64,000 nt of DNA from a virus, in IMG/VR virus record IMGVR_UViG_3300045747_000182, positions 116 to 64,115 of that record. One strand, written 5' to 3'. The position numbers were made by a program, and so were the translations under genes. This document shows positions 1-9,202 of the stretch, piece after piece. A model generated the notes under the pieces. The model was not told the DNA's origin and did not search any database. It saw only the letters and a list, made by a program, of their open reading frames with translations. Position 1 is the stretch's first letter; the number at the start of each line of letters is the position of its first letter.

Positions 1-1
1 C

Positions 2-220
2 GAAATCAAGGCTGACAGGTGGGCATGGTTCTCAGAGGGAAAAATACGCGCTGCGCACATTGCCGAGTTGTGCAGTGTGGAGATGCCAGAGCCGCTGACG
101 CAAAAGCAAGTAGTCGATGCCTTCTGCGCGTTGCCTCATAACGTCCAGTACGTCAGCATTTTTGATGCTGGTGTTCGCTTTGCTGAAAAGCACCACAACA
201 TAGGAGCAAAAGAACAATGA
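2..220 (+). CDS. 5'-truncated accessory protein, paralogous to 217-759 and to the C-terminus of 62961-63758
   Basis: Open frame from nt 2 (EIKADRWAW...AAHIAELCSVEMPEP...HNIGAKEQ*); stop overlaps the ATG at 217. Confidence 0.6.
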   Translation, partial: EIKADRWAWFSEGKIRAAHIAELCSVEMPEPLTQKQVVDAFCALPHNVQYVSIFDAGVRFAEKHHNIGAKEQ

Positions 221-759
221 CCAAATCAATTATTGAGATTGCGCGTGAAGCGGGAGCGTTGACAGAAATTAGAACTAGCTTGAACGTAGACGGTGACAGC
301 ATACTGTTTATGCCAGAAGAACTTGAAGCCTTCGCTGCCGCCATCAAAGCCGCGCACATTGAAGAACTGTGCAGTGTGGAGATGCCAGAGCCAGTGGGTT
401 ATGTATCAACTCACACAAGTCTAGAACAAGACCCGTACCACATCCAATTTAATCAAAAACTTACTCACGTTTACAGAGATACGGCAGTCAGAATTGACCC
501 TGTTGTCACCCTCGACCAACTCCAGCAAACAGTGGCAGCGGCAGTGGCGCGGCACAAACAGGATTGGAACCGCTTTCACCACTTGATGAAAAAGTATGGA
601 CTGCACCAGGGACGCACTGACGATGACTTGCTTGATATTCTTGACAAGCACTTAGCCGCACTCACAGCCGAGCGCGATGCGTACCAACAGGCAGCAGATA
701 ATCTGGCAATGGATTGCAAAGTGCTGCGGGAGGTAATCTATGAAGACCCCACAAAATAA
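217..759 (+). CDS. Accessory mosaic phage protein (Ea22-like style)
   Basis: 180-aa ORF with AGGAG upstream; shares AAHIxELCSVEMPEP with the upstream ORF. Confidence 0.65.
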   Translation: MTKSIIEIAREAGALTEIRTSLNVDGDSILFMPEELEAFAAAIKAAHIEELCSVEMPEPVGYVSTHTSLEQDPYHIQFNQKLTHVYRDTAVRIDPVVTLDQLQQTVAAAVARHKQDWNRFHHLMKKYGLHQGRTDDDLLDILDKHLAALTAERDAYQQAADNLAMDCKVLREVIYEDPTK

Positions 760-834
760 CAATAGCTATAATGCTTATTACACAAGACCATACCTTGAGT
801 GTGCTGACGATATCCGCAAACTTGGAGGACTGAC

Positions 835-1058
835 ATGAGCATATTCTCACAAACCCGTATAGTTATATCTCCTCATGAAAACAAATACATCCTTGAATAC
901 AAAAATGGTGTTGCAGTCTGTGGTGGTCTAAAGAATCTGAATACCACTATGACGAAAGTCTGCTTTCAAAATCCCATGCGCTAAGTCAGGCCAAAGAACA
1001 GGCAGAAATATTAATGGCAAAATTCGTTGTATGGGAAAGATCCAGTATCCAATGGTAA
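835..1058 (+). pseudogene. Probable frameshifted small gene (one A short at 901-905) or homopolymer sequence error
   Basis: GGAGG then ATG at 835; adding one A joins YILEYK to KWCCSLWW..., which ends overlapping the next ATG (1052). Confidence 0.4.
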
Positions 1059-1157
1059 CAGGTTGGCAGAACGGTCTCTCACAAGACTACTCCCGACCTC
1101 TCAGTGCTTGGTTCCTGAGCAGACTTGAATCAAGATACCTCTTAAGGAAAATGTTTA

Positions 1158-1391
1158 ATGAAAACAGCGGATGTACCTATGAAGACAAAACACAAGTATC
1201 GGCTGCGAGTAGACCCGTCCCGACAAATAATCTATCTGGAGAAAAAGAAATGGTGGTCGTGGACCTACGTAAAAATGTGGGCCTACGATGATAACTTAAA
1301 ATACCTACCTGAATGGAGCAAAGAAGCGCAACTCGAAATAGCAAAAAAGGTACTTAAAGATTGTAACAACGGAGAAGAAATCTATGTCTGA
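1158..1391 (+). CDS. Hypothetical protein
   Basis: 77-aa ORF in co-oriented gene array. Confidence 0.55.
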   Translation: MKTADVPMKTKHKYRLRVDPSRQIIYLEKKKWWSWTYVKMWAYDDNLKYLPEWSKEAQLEIAKKVLKDCNNGEEIYV

Positions 1392-1525
1392 CGTCGAACG
1401 ATTCTACACGGCAGTATGCGCCAAGTGGCCCTCACCACAACCATCTTGGCATGAACTCCATCCACAACGCCAAATGATTATCATGCAGTCTCTAAATATG
1501 ATGATCCAAGCAATGAGTATGCCAA

Positions 1526-1813
1526 ATGAGTAATCTACTTATCAACCATTGGGATATCGAGCTGGATGTCGAATACGACTACTCTCCGGCAGAACCCCAA
1601 ACATATGACGAACCCGGATGTCCAGCAGAAGTTGTTATTAACGGCGTATACCATGAAAAAATCGATATCATTGAAATCCTCAACCAAGCAACCCTTGACC
1701 GCATCTCTGAAATCATCCTCGAGAAAATTGATGAAGAATGTAAAAACGCAGAATACGATCGTGCCGACCAGTACTGGCAAGACCGTAAAGACAGGGAGCT
1801 TGAGACTTACTAA
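1526..1813 (+). CDS. Acidic hypothetical phage protein
   Basis: 95-aa ORF, coupled with neighbours. Confidence 0.6.
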   Translation: MSNLLINHWDIELDVEYDYSPAEPQTYDEPGCPAEVVINGVYHEKIDIIEILNQATLDRISEIILEKIDEECKNAEYDRADQYWQDRKDRELETY

Positions 1814-2096
1814 ACGCAAAGGCCCACCGCAAGAAGTCATCGACAAAGCTCAGGCAGGTCTGGCTCAATGGCGTAAAGAAAAGGTCTATGCCGAGAAGAA
1901 AGGCGGGAAGTTCCTTGAGGCATGGAAAGAAGAGCAAGAAATGAAGAAGCTTCAAAAGCGTACATCGCCAATGCAAGCTATCAAGAACTTCTGCAATAGC
2001 TGTGTCGGTGATATCCGAAGTGACATTACTAACTGTACAGCCAAGCAGTGTAAACTCTATATTTACCGTCCTTACCAGAAGGAGTCCGATGACTAG
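1800..2096 (+). CDS. Small putative zinc-binding protein (start uncertain; frame open from 1566)
   Basis: AIKNFCNSC...CTAKQCKLYIYRP: CxxC plus CxxxxC. Confidence 0.55.
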   Translation: MRLTKRKGPPQEVIDKAQAGLAQWRKEKVYAEKKGGKFLEAWKEEQEMKKLQKRTSPMQAIKNFCNSCVGDIRSDITNCTAKQCKLYIYRPYQKESDD

Positions 2097-2236
2097 TATC
2101 TTTGTCGTAGTCTTCACAGACTTAAAAGGTGACTGGGAAACTGTAGTTAAGGCTTTTAAACATAAAGTATCCGCAGAATACTTCTGTGATGCCCAAAATA
2201 AAGCTAACCCGCGTCTAAAATACCGTTACGAGGAAG

Positions 2237-2470
2237 TTGAGTATGTCGATTAATCCGCAAGTATCCCGCTATCGTGCAGTCGTTATCAAACATGCTCTGA
2301 TTCTCTACGCAGAAACAGGTAGGAAGGCTAACCGCATGTACACCCCAACCAATATGCTAAATGCAGCAACATCCATCACAGGTAAAACTTACAAGCGAGG
2401 TCAATATGTACAAGCAGCTGCTGATATTCAGTCTGTGCTTGATGAGCCTTTTAAAGACGTCCCATTCTGA
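2237..2470 (+). CDS. Hypothetical protein
   Basis: 77-aa ORF. Confidence 0.55.
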   Translation: MSMSINPQVSRYRAVVIKHALILYAETGRKANRMYTPTNMLNAATSITGKTYKRGQYVQAAADIQSVLDEPFKDVPF

Positions 2471-2789
2471 GACCATAGGGCTACATCTCCGCAGCATGCA
2501 CAATCAAGAAGGCTTTAACAATGATAATCCCGGACTGTATTACAAGCGAGACAACGGTTTCACAGCCGGAACCTACTACAATAGCGTCCGGCAACAGACG
2601 TTCTACGCTGGATACTCCCAAAGTACATCTTACGGATTCGACCTGTCGTATGCTCTCATGTCAGGATACCGCGAGTATTTGGTACCGACAATTCTACCCA
2701 GTGTTAAAATTGGTTTCACCCGACTAACTCTTGCTTATAACCCTTTTGGAGCTTCTGCACTACACCTATCCATTGAAAAGGAATTATGA
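2406..2789 (+). CDS. Putative small outer-membrane beta-barrel protein with signal peptide
   Basis: MYKQLLIFSLCLMSLLKTSHS leader; NNDNPGLYY, GTYYNS, FYAGYS amphipathic strand pattern. Confidence 0.55.
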   Translation: MYKQLLIFSLCLMSLLKTSHSETIGLHLRSMHNQEGFNNDNPGLYYKRDNGFTAGTYYNSVRQQTFYAGYSQSTSYGFDLSYALMSGYREYLVPTILPSVKIGFTRLTLAYNPFGASALHLSIEKEL

Positions 2790-3174
2790 TGAGACTCTAT
2801 GAACTTCCCCGAATGACTCACTTCAAAGTAGACAACGGTGAGATACTAAATCATGACCACCAAGAGGTGTTCCTACTAGACCACCTTGATGGTATGTACT
2901 CCGTGTGCTACGATGACATCGGTCAAATACATCATTTCTCTGTTAACACTCCTGTAATTAAGGTTGACTAATGCTAATCACACCTATACCAACAAAAGTT
3001 AAATTTGAAATTGAATGTACTGTACAAGAATTCATTGACATATACAAAGGTATTAATCGAACATCTTACGCAAGTCGTAAGTCCGCAGGTATGAAGGAAG
3101 ACGAATCATTAATCTTCCAAGAAATCTACGACCGACTGACCCCGATTGCAGAATCACTGGGCTTAACCGAATGA
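2786..3174 (+). CDS. Two small hypothetical proteins (2786-2971, 2971-3174)
   Basis: Overlapping start/stop coupling. Confidence 0.5.
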
Positions 3175-3602
3175 AACACTTCCCACATAACCAACACGTA
3201 TATCTTGCCGGATCTATTGAAGGAATTCCGTGGGAAGATGCAATCGAATGGCGTAACAATGCTATCAACTATCTAAATAAATATGAAATTGACTGCCTTG
3301 ACCCCTGCCGTAGAGTTGCGTTTAATAGCAGCACTGAACGACACGCTGACGCCCGAATCTTTAAGGCAGATCTACAAGATATCGCCTTCAGCACGGTTGT
3401 CCTTGCCAACTTATCAGATGCTATTGGTGGAAAAAAGTGGGGAACCGTTGCCGAAGTTGCACATGCTCACACCAAGAACAAGATCATTATTGTGATTCTT
3501 GCGCCTGACCAATGGGTACATCCCTTTATCAGCCAGTATGCAACAGAAATTCACTACAGTGTTTATGACGCATGTGACGCTGTGAAGGAGTACTTTCTTT
3601 GA
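3171..3602 (+). CDS. Nucleoside 2-deoxyribosyltransferase / nucleotide N-glycosidase-like protein
   Basis: VYLAGSI...WR...LDP...DLQDI...VVLANL...GTVAEVAHA pattern of the NDT-like fold. Confidence 0.75.
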   Translation: MKHFPHNQHVYLAGSIEGIPWEDAIEWRNNAINYLNKYEIDCLDPCRRVAFNSSTERHADARIFKADLQDIAFSTVVLANLSDAIGGKKWGTVAEVAHAHTKNKIIIVILAPDQWVHPFISQYATEIHYSVYDACDAVKEYFL

Positions 3603-3665
3603 CAGGTGTCGCAGTAATTATCATCACGTATACTATCTGGTACTATATCTCTTTTAAGGACTAAC

Positions 3666-3932
3666 ATGCCATACATTCGCTCTATTGACCGTGATCGCCT
3701 CGACTACGTTACTGATGCCCTCAGTAATGTCGGGATTAAATCTGCCGGAGAACTCAACTACCTGATTACTAAGCTTGTTGACAACTACCTTATTGACAAC
3801 GGTAAATCATACCAATACTACAATGACTGCATTGGTGCTCTTGAAGGTGCCAAGCTTGAGTTGTACCGTCGTTGTGTAGCTCCTTATGAAGACATCAAAC
3901 TAATGGAGAATGGCGATGTATATTTTGCCTGA
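3666..3932 (+). CDS. Conserved phage hypothetical protein
   Basis: MPYI...GELNYLIT...IGALEGAKLELYRR...PYEDIK...NGDVY; AAGGA RBS. Confidence 0.7.
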   Translation: MPYIRSIDRDRLDYVTDALSNVGIKSAGELNYLITKLVDNYLIDNGKSYQYYNDCIGALEGAKLELYRRCVAPYEDIKLMENGDVYFA

Positions 3933-4671
3933 AATTATCAAACACATCGAAGTGTGGTATATCAATGAATCAGGTAAGCACAGTAAACTTCTGCAAAGTA
4001 CTGTCCCTGAATCATTGTACCACTATAAAGACGAATTCAAATGTTATTACGTAATTCGATTTAAAGATGGAACTGATCTGCGTCTGTATAATGCAAGCCT
4101 TGAATACTACCTTGAAGACTCCTACGATATGCGAATGAGTGACTCTCTTGAAAAATCTTCATGGTCAATGCCATACCAAAAGGTTGACCCTAAAATGGAA
4201 GCTGCTATAAACGAATCGTGCCGTAATATGGTTGATAACGCAAATATAGTGTCCCCAACAAGTGTACAAGTAGGTAATCCTACTGTAAAACTTGGTGAAA
4301 CCCATCCCAACAATCTTGTGGACACCAACCTGAAGACAGCAGCTGCGGCTAAGAAGCCACGATTGAGTGACGTCCCGCCAGTAGCCCTCTTTGCCTTGGG
4401 CGCTGCAATGAGTGACGGTAAAGAAAAGTATGGCAGGTTTAACTGGCGTGAAACCGGATCGACATCCTCTGTGTTCTATGATGCAATGATGCGTCACCTG
4501 ACAGACTGGTACAACGGTGAAGACTACGCGCATGACTCCAAAGTACACCACCTTGGTCACCTTATGGCATCCTGCGCTATCCTTCTGGACAGTGAACTGC
4601 ATGGTCAACTGAATGACGACCGCCAAATCTACGGCACAATCTCCCGTAACCCTACATGGAAGTCTGAATGA
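3910..4671 (+). CDS. dATP/dGTP diphosphohydrolase domain protein (former DUF5664) with N-terminal extension
   Basis: KPRLSDVP...GKEKYGRFNWR...YDAMMRHL..W.NGED...DSKVHHLGHLMASCAILL. Confidence 0.8.
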   Translation: MAMYILPEIIKHIEVWYINESGKHSKLLQSTVPESLYHYKDEFKCYYVIRFKDGTDLRLYNASLEYYLEDSYDMRMSDSLEKSSWSMPYQKVDPKMEAAINESCRNMVDNANIVSPTSVQVGNPTVKLGETHPNNLVDTNLKTAAAAKKPRLSDVPPVALFALGAAMSDGKEKYGRFNWRETGSTSSVFYDAMMRHLTDWYNGEDYAHDSKVHHLGHLMASCAILLDSELHGQLNDDRQIYGTISRNPTWKSE

Positions 4672-4940
4672 AACTCGTTGAAATACGTTGTCGTGAAGGC
4701 GTAATAAACGTATGGGAAAACCGTACGTTTGTCGCCGGATATACCTTTGAAATAGGTGACCTTAATACTGACATCGTTGATTATGCTCGTGAGGGTGAAA
4801 TAGAGTATGACTACGGCGATGACAGTCTCTATGAAGGAGTCTGCTGATGGGTAAACTCAAACAGATGTTCACCGATGACCGTGGTGAAATCGATTATGCA
4901 GCCTACAACCGTTGGCTTGCTGAACAACACAAGGACAAAA

Positions 4941-5546
4941 ATGAACCATGTAAAGACAGTAAAAAGATTCGTAGCCGGAAGCCACAAGCTGTTCGACATC
5001 TATGAATGTACTGTAGATGAAGTCGAAAAATATACATCTGCAACCTCTAAAGAGATGGTCAAGCTTACCATCGCTGGCAAGGAGTACTCCGGTCTACACA
5101 ATAAATGGGTATACGAATACCTTTGTGAAAACGAAGGCAGTCCTTCTTTCGTGGTGTTATGGAGAGCACCCAAAGGGGAACCAATGGTTGCTTATGTCAA
5201 AGAAGTTTGGCAAGACCATATCAAGGGTGAATATAACGTCGAAGTCCCCAATGAAACAGAAGCGTATAATCATTCAGATCAGCAAGCATTCTGCTATATG
5301 TGGATAAACAAAGATGACGATCGTAAATACATTGGTATGCACACTGGAAAACCTGATGACGGTTACATCTGCAGTTCAGCTCAACTCTTGGATGAACATG
5401 GTGAATGCCCTACAAGGTTTCTCCGGACTATCCTAGCGTATGGCTCTACTCAGGAGATGCTTGAGCTTGAAACTATAATGCTCCTTCAACTCAAAACCAC
5501 AATGAGTCCTCTTTACTATAACCTCTCTAATAACCTTCGCAAATAA
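4941..5546 (+). CDS. Protein with C-terminal GIY-YIG (Seg-like) domain
   Basis: FCYMWINKDDDRKYIGMH...YICSS...ELE...YYNLSN; AAGGA RBS before ATG 4941. Confidence 0.6.
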   Translation: MNHVKTVKRFVAGSHKLFDIYECTVDEVEKYTSATSKEMVKLTIAGKEYSGLHNKWVYEYLCENEGSPSFVVLWRAPKGEPMVAYVKEVWQDHIKGEYNVEVPNETEAYNHSDQQAFCYMWINKDDDRKYIGMHTGKPDDGYICSSAQLLDEHGECPTRFLRTILAYGSTQEMLELETIMLLQLKTTMSPLYYNLSNNLRK

Positions 5547-5547
5547 T

Positions 5548-6447
5548 ATGTTTGAAAAATATATCCATCTGGAACGATACGGTACTGATGCTGTTGACGA
5601 AATCAATGTAGGTAAGTGCTATATCTTACCTAAACTCGACGGTACCAACGGTCGTATTCAATGGGATACTGAAGCAGAAATAATGCGCTATGGCTCCCGT
5701 AACCGTGACCTTGCATTAGGTGATGATAACGCAGGATTCGCTCTGCATGTATCTCAAAATAACAACCTACAAAATCTCTGTAAGACGTACAAAGGATATA
5801 CCTTCTATGGTGAATGGCTTGTACCTCATTCCCTAAAGACATACCGCGAAGATGCATGGCGTAAGTTTTATATCTTCGACGTTGTAGACCCACGCGGGAA
5901 CTTCCTACATTACGATCAATACAGTGTAATGCTGAAGAACTTCAACGTAGAATTCATTCCGTGTGTAGCCACAATAACTAACCCATCGTATGAACAACTT
6001 GTAACTGAAACAGAAAAGAACAAATATCTGCTGCAAGAAAACTCAGGTCATGGAGAAGGTATCGTCATCAAACGCTATGACTTCACAAACAGCTTTGGGC
6101 ATACTGTGTGGGCCAAACTCATCACAAATACCTTCAAAGATAAACATGTGGCAGAAATGGGTGGTTCAGTCATTGTAAACAAAATGATTGAAGAAGAGAT
6201 TGCTAATGAATTCGTCACAGAGCATGTCGTAAATAAAGTTCTGGAAAAGATTCGTAATGAGCATGGTTTGTTCTCAGCAAAGAATATCCCCCAATTACTC
6301 AACACTGTCTACCATGACCTCATCACAGAAGAAATGTGGGAAATCCTGAAGAAACATAAGAACCCTAGGATCGATTTCCGTACGCTAAATACCCTGACAA
6401 TCACTCGTGTAAAAGCAATCTTGCCAGAACTCTTTGGAGGTAAATAA
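5548..6447 (+). CDS. RNA ligase (Rnl2-like nucleotidyltransferase)
   Basis: Motif I KLDGTN, III YGEW, IIIa FYIFDV, IV EGIVIK, V AKL. Confidence 0.8.
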   Translation: MFEKYIHLERYGTDAVDEINVGKCYILPKLDGTNGRIQWDTEAEIMRYGSRNRDLALGDDNAGFALHVSQNNNLQNLCKTYKGYTFYGEWLVPHSLKTYREDAWRKFYIFDVVDPRGNFLHYDQYSVMLKNFNVEFIPCVATITNPSYEQLVTETEKNKYLLQENSGHGEGIVIKRYDFTNSFGHTVWAKLITNTFKDKHVAEMGGSVIVNKMIEEEIANEFVTEHVVNKVLEKIRNEHGLFSAKNIPQLLNTVYHDLITEEMWEILKKHKNPRIDFRTLNTLTITRVKAILPELFGGK

Positions 6448-7319
6448 TGAAACCAATGCTACTCTGCAGGGAAAACCCTGATACATCCAAGCTACAGTAC
6501 CCAATGCTGGTATTCCCCAAATTAGACGGTATCCGCTGCCCTATCGTTGATGCCAAGGCCAAGTCACGTACCCTTAAAGACATCCCAAACAAGCATGTAC
6601 AGTCAATTCTTTCTTACCCCGAATTCGAGGGATTCGACGGAGAGCTTATCGTCGGAGAGCCTAATAGCCCAACAGTATATCGAGACACTAATTCTTTCGT
6701 CATGTCGCATGACAAAGTTGGTATGTTCCGATACTTCGTATTTGATTACTGGAATCGAGATGAACCCTTCTATAAGCGATTCCAAGCATTAAGCGAATCT
6801 CTTGTCCATGAATACATCGAAGTAATCAAAGGTGTTCTTGTTAACAATGAAGAAGAACTCCTTGAAGCAGAACGACAAGTACTTGATGCCGGATATGAAG
6901 GGTTAATCCTCCGCAGTCTTACTGGCAAGTACAAGTTTGGTCGGACAACCATGAACGAAAACAACACCTACAAGCTAAAGCGTTTTGAAGATGCTGAAGC
7001 TGTTATTGTAGGCTTCGAAGAGGAAATGCACAATGGAAATGATGCTGAGACCAACGAACTTGGAAGAACTAAACGCTCGACTGCAAAAGCTGGAATGTCA
7101 GGCAAGGGAACTCTCGGTGCTTTTATCTGCAAGACACCTGATGGAATCGAATTTCGAATCGGCTCTGGCTTTGATGCAGAGATGCGAAAACAATATTGGA
7201 ATGATAAGATATCTTTACTTGGAGGTACGGTCAAATACAAACACTTCCCAATCGGCGTAAAAGATAAACCACGGCATCCTATCTTTCTGGGATTCCGTGA
7301 TATGGAGATTGACGGATGA
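6447..7319 (+). CDS. lig: ATP-dependent DNA ligase
   Basis: KLDGIR, FDGEL, VFD, YEGLILR, KLK and an OB domain (FRIGSGF...FLGFR). Confidence 0.92.
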   Translation: MKPMLLCRENPDTSKLQYPMLVFPKLDGIRCPIVDAKAKSRTLKDIPNKHVQSILSYPEFEGFDGELIVGEPNSPTVYRDTNSFVMSHDKVGMFRYFVFDYWNRDEPFYKRFQALSESLVHEYIEVIKGVLVNNEEELLEAERQVLDAGYEGLILRSLTGKYKFGRTTMNENNTYKLKRFEDAEAVIVGFEEEMHNGNDAETNELGRTKRSTAKAGMSGKGTLGAFICKTPDGIEFRIGSGFDAEMRKQYWNDKISLLGGTVKYKHFPIGVKDKPRHPIFLGFRDMEIDG

Positions 7320-7624
7320 TTGGCTACAAACTATTTCGTAAACGTAAGAACGGTACTCTTGGTCCACTCTTCATTAACAAACGACAAGTTATTGAAGTAG
7401 GCATAGAGTACCCCTTCGAACTACACCCCACAAAGGGATATGCAGTACGTCCCGGATGGCATATCTGTGATGATACTACAGCACCACATCTCAGCAAGAA
7501 AGGTCGTGTATGGTGTCAAGTTAAATTCACCCACATGAAGACTCTTAACCGCCCAAAATCGCAGGGTGGTACATGGTACCTTGGCAGTACCTTGCAGGTC
7601 ATCAAAGAGTTAGCCGGAACCTAG
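7316..7624 (+). CDS. Conserved phage hypothetical protein
   Basis: 102-aa ORF (YKLFRKRKNGTLGPLFIN...RPGWH). Confidence 0.65.
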   Translation: MIGYKLFRKRKNGTLGPLFINKRQVIEVGIEYPFELHPTKGYAVRPGWHICDDTTAPHLSKKGRVWCQVKFTHMKTLNRPKSQGGTWYLGSTLQVIKELAGT

Positions 7625-7628
7625 TACC
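7611..7628 (+). promoter_or_regulatory. Partial copy of candidate phage RNAP promoter motif
   Basis: TAGCCGGAACCTAGTACC; core matches other copies, 3' TATA part diverges. Confidence 0.4.
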
Positions 7629-7657
7629 TATTTTAAACTGACACAAGGAAATTTAAT

Positions 7658-8080
7658 ATGACATTCACTAAAGTAATTTTCGCATCCATTCTTACTGCAA
7701 CTTTGGCGGCATGTGGCTTGCGCGCTGACAAAGTATCCTTCGATACTCTTGAGACAGCTCGTGCTCAGAGCAAAGCCAATGTAGAATTCAATGCACAAAC
7801 TTTCCGTGCAACAAACCCACAATACAGCAACACAGCTATCGTTGCCCAAACAGACTCTACCATGTCACCGGAATGCCCTCAAGGTGACGGATGGGGTTCA
7901 GTTGTTTTGATTAACAAAGATAATCCTGCTCAGAAAATCGGACTGAAGTGCTCTACCGTGTCTGGCTCTGTAGGGTGTCTGCTGAATGACGACTTTCAAA
8001 AGAAGTCTTACGCCGGAGATGACGGTCGTTGCCAAGACGTCTCTAAAGTACCTTTCCCACTACCTAAAGTAATGAAATGA
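7658..8080 (+). CDS. Putative lipoprotein
   Basis: Signal peptide ending in lipobox LAAC; four further cysteines. Confidence 0.65.
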   Translation: MTFTKVIFASILTATLAACGLRADKVSFDTLETARAQSKANVEFNAQTFRATNPQYSNTAIVAQTDSTMSPECPQGDGWGSVVLINKDNPAQKIGLKCSTVSGSVGCLLNDDFQKKSYAGDDGRCQDVSKVPFPLPKVMK

Positions 8081-8322
8081 TTGTTATTGAATTCTTAATC
8101 TCTTTTGCGGTGCTAACTCTTATTGGGTTAGCTTTTTATGCTGGCTATAAACTAGGAAAGAAATGAAGAAGCTTAATGCAATAACCGTAACGTTCTACCT
8201 TGAAGACTTCCCAACGCCTGATGATGCAAGAGACTACTTAGGTGAATGGCTTGATTGTGCTAACGGTGTTATTTGTTGGGACCACAGTATCAGCTACGAC
8301 ATTGTATCAACAGAGGAAATCA

Positions 8323-8601
8323 ATGGATAAACTACCCGCTATTGTCACTCAAGAAGAATGTGCAGAAGTAATTCAGGCTATCAGCAAGTGCTTCAGGTTT
8401 GGTCTTAAGGAAAAATGGAACGGGTATACTAACAAAGAAGCCCTTGAGGAAGAAATCGGGCAACTGCAATATATGATTCACTTCTTAACCCAAGAATGGG
8501 AGCTTGATGAATTCATTATAGACAAAGCTTACGCAGACAAACATAAAGCTTACCTTAAATACAAACCATACTATGAAAAACTGGGATCACTTCTTTCTTG
8601 A
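8323..8601 (+). CDS. MazG-like nucleotide pyrophosphohydrolase
   Basis: TQEECAEVIQAISKCFRFG...LEEEIGQL; GAGG RBS before 8323. Confidence 0.7.
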   Translation: MDKLPAIVTQEECAEVIQAISKCFRFGLKEKWNGYTNKEALEEEIGQLQYMIHFLTQEWELDEFIIDKAYADKHKAYLKYKPYYEKLGSLLS

Positions 8602-9076
8602 CTTTGCCGAGCAAGTAGCTCAACAATCCTATGATATCAAAACTAAAGTCGGAACTGTTATTACCCGAGACGACGCTATCTTATCGTACTCGTACAACGG
8701 TACCCCTAGAGGGTGGTCTAACGTTATGCGTGATGATAAGGGTAAAACCCTGCCGTGCGTTATCCATTCAGAAATTTACGCACTTGCTAAGCTATGCCGG
8801 AGTACAGAAACTTCCGTTGGAGCAACGCTATATTGCACACTGTCACCTTGTATTGAATGCTCTAAAGCATGTGTTGCTGCGGGAATTTCCCGAGTCGTCT
8901 ATCGTGATAACTACAAATGTCTCGATGGAGTAAGCTTTCTGGTTGACAACAATACAGAAACAGTGCAAATACCTATGACACCTGACGGATATCAGCGACC
9001 TAAAATCCGTTGCTATGGCTCCTGCAATCATGAATCCCTCTTCAACCGAGATGAACTCCAACACACAGGACTTTAA
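8573..9076 (+). CDS. dCMP deaminase
   Basis: YNGTPRG, HSE zinc motif, LSPCIECSK. Confidence 0.9.
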   Translation: MKNWDHFFLDFAEQVAQQSYDIKTKVGTVITRDDAILSYSYNGTPRGWSNVMRDDKGKTLPCVIHSEIYALAKLCRSTETSVGATLYCTLSPCIECSKACVAAGISRVVYRDNYKCLDGVSFLVDNNTETVQIPMTPDGYQRPKIRCYGSCNHESLFNRDELQHTGL

Positions 9077-9202
9077 TGGAACTATACCTATGCTTCGCTC
9101 TTGCTTATATGCTGTGGGAAAACTGGTCTCTCACACAAGTAATTCTTCAGTTACGACATAACCAGAAGAACTATATCTCCATGTTAACTGACAAGGATAC
9201 CG

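Noticed and set aside
2563-2579. CAGCCGGAACCTACTAC as a promoter copy
   Set aside because: Inside a coding region, lacks the first T and the TATA-like part.
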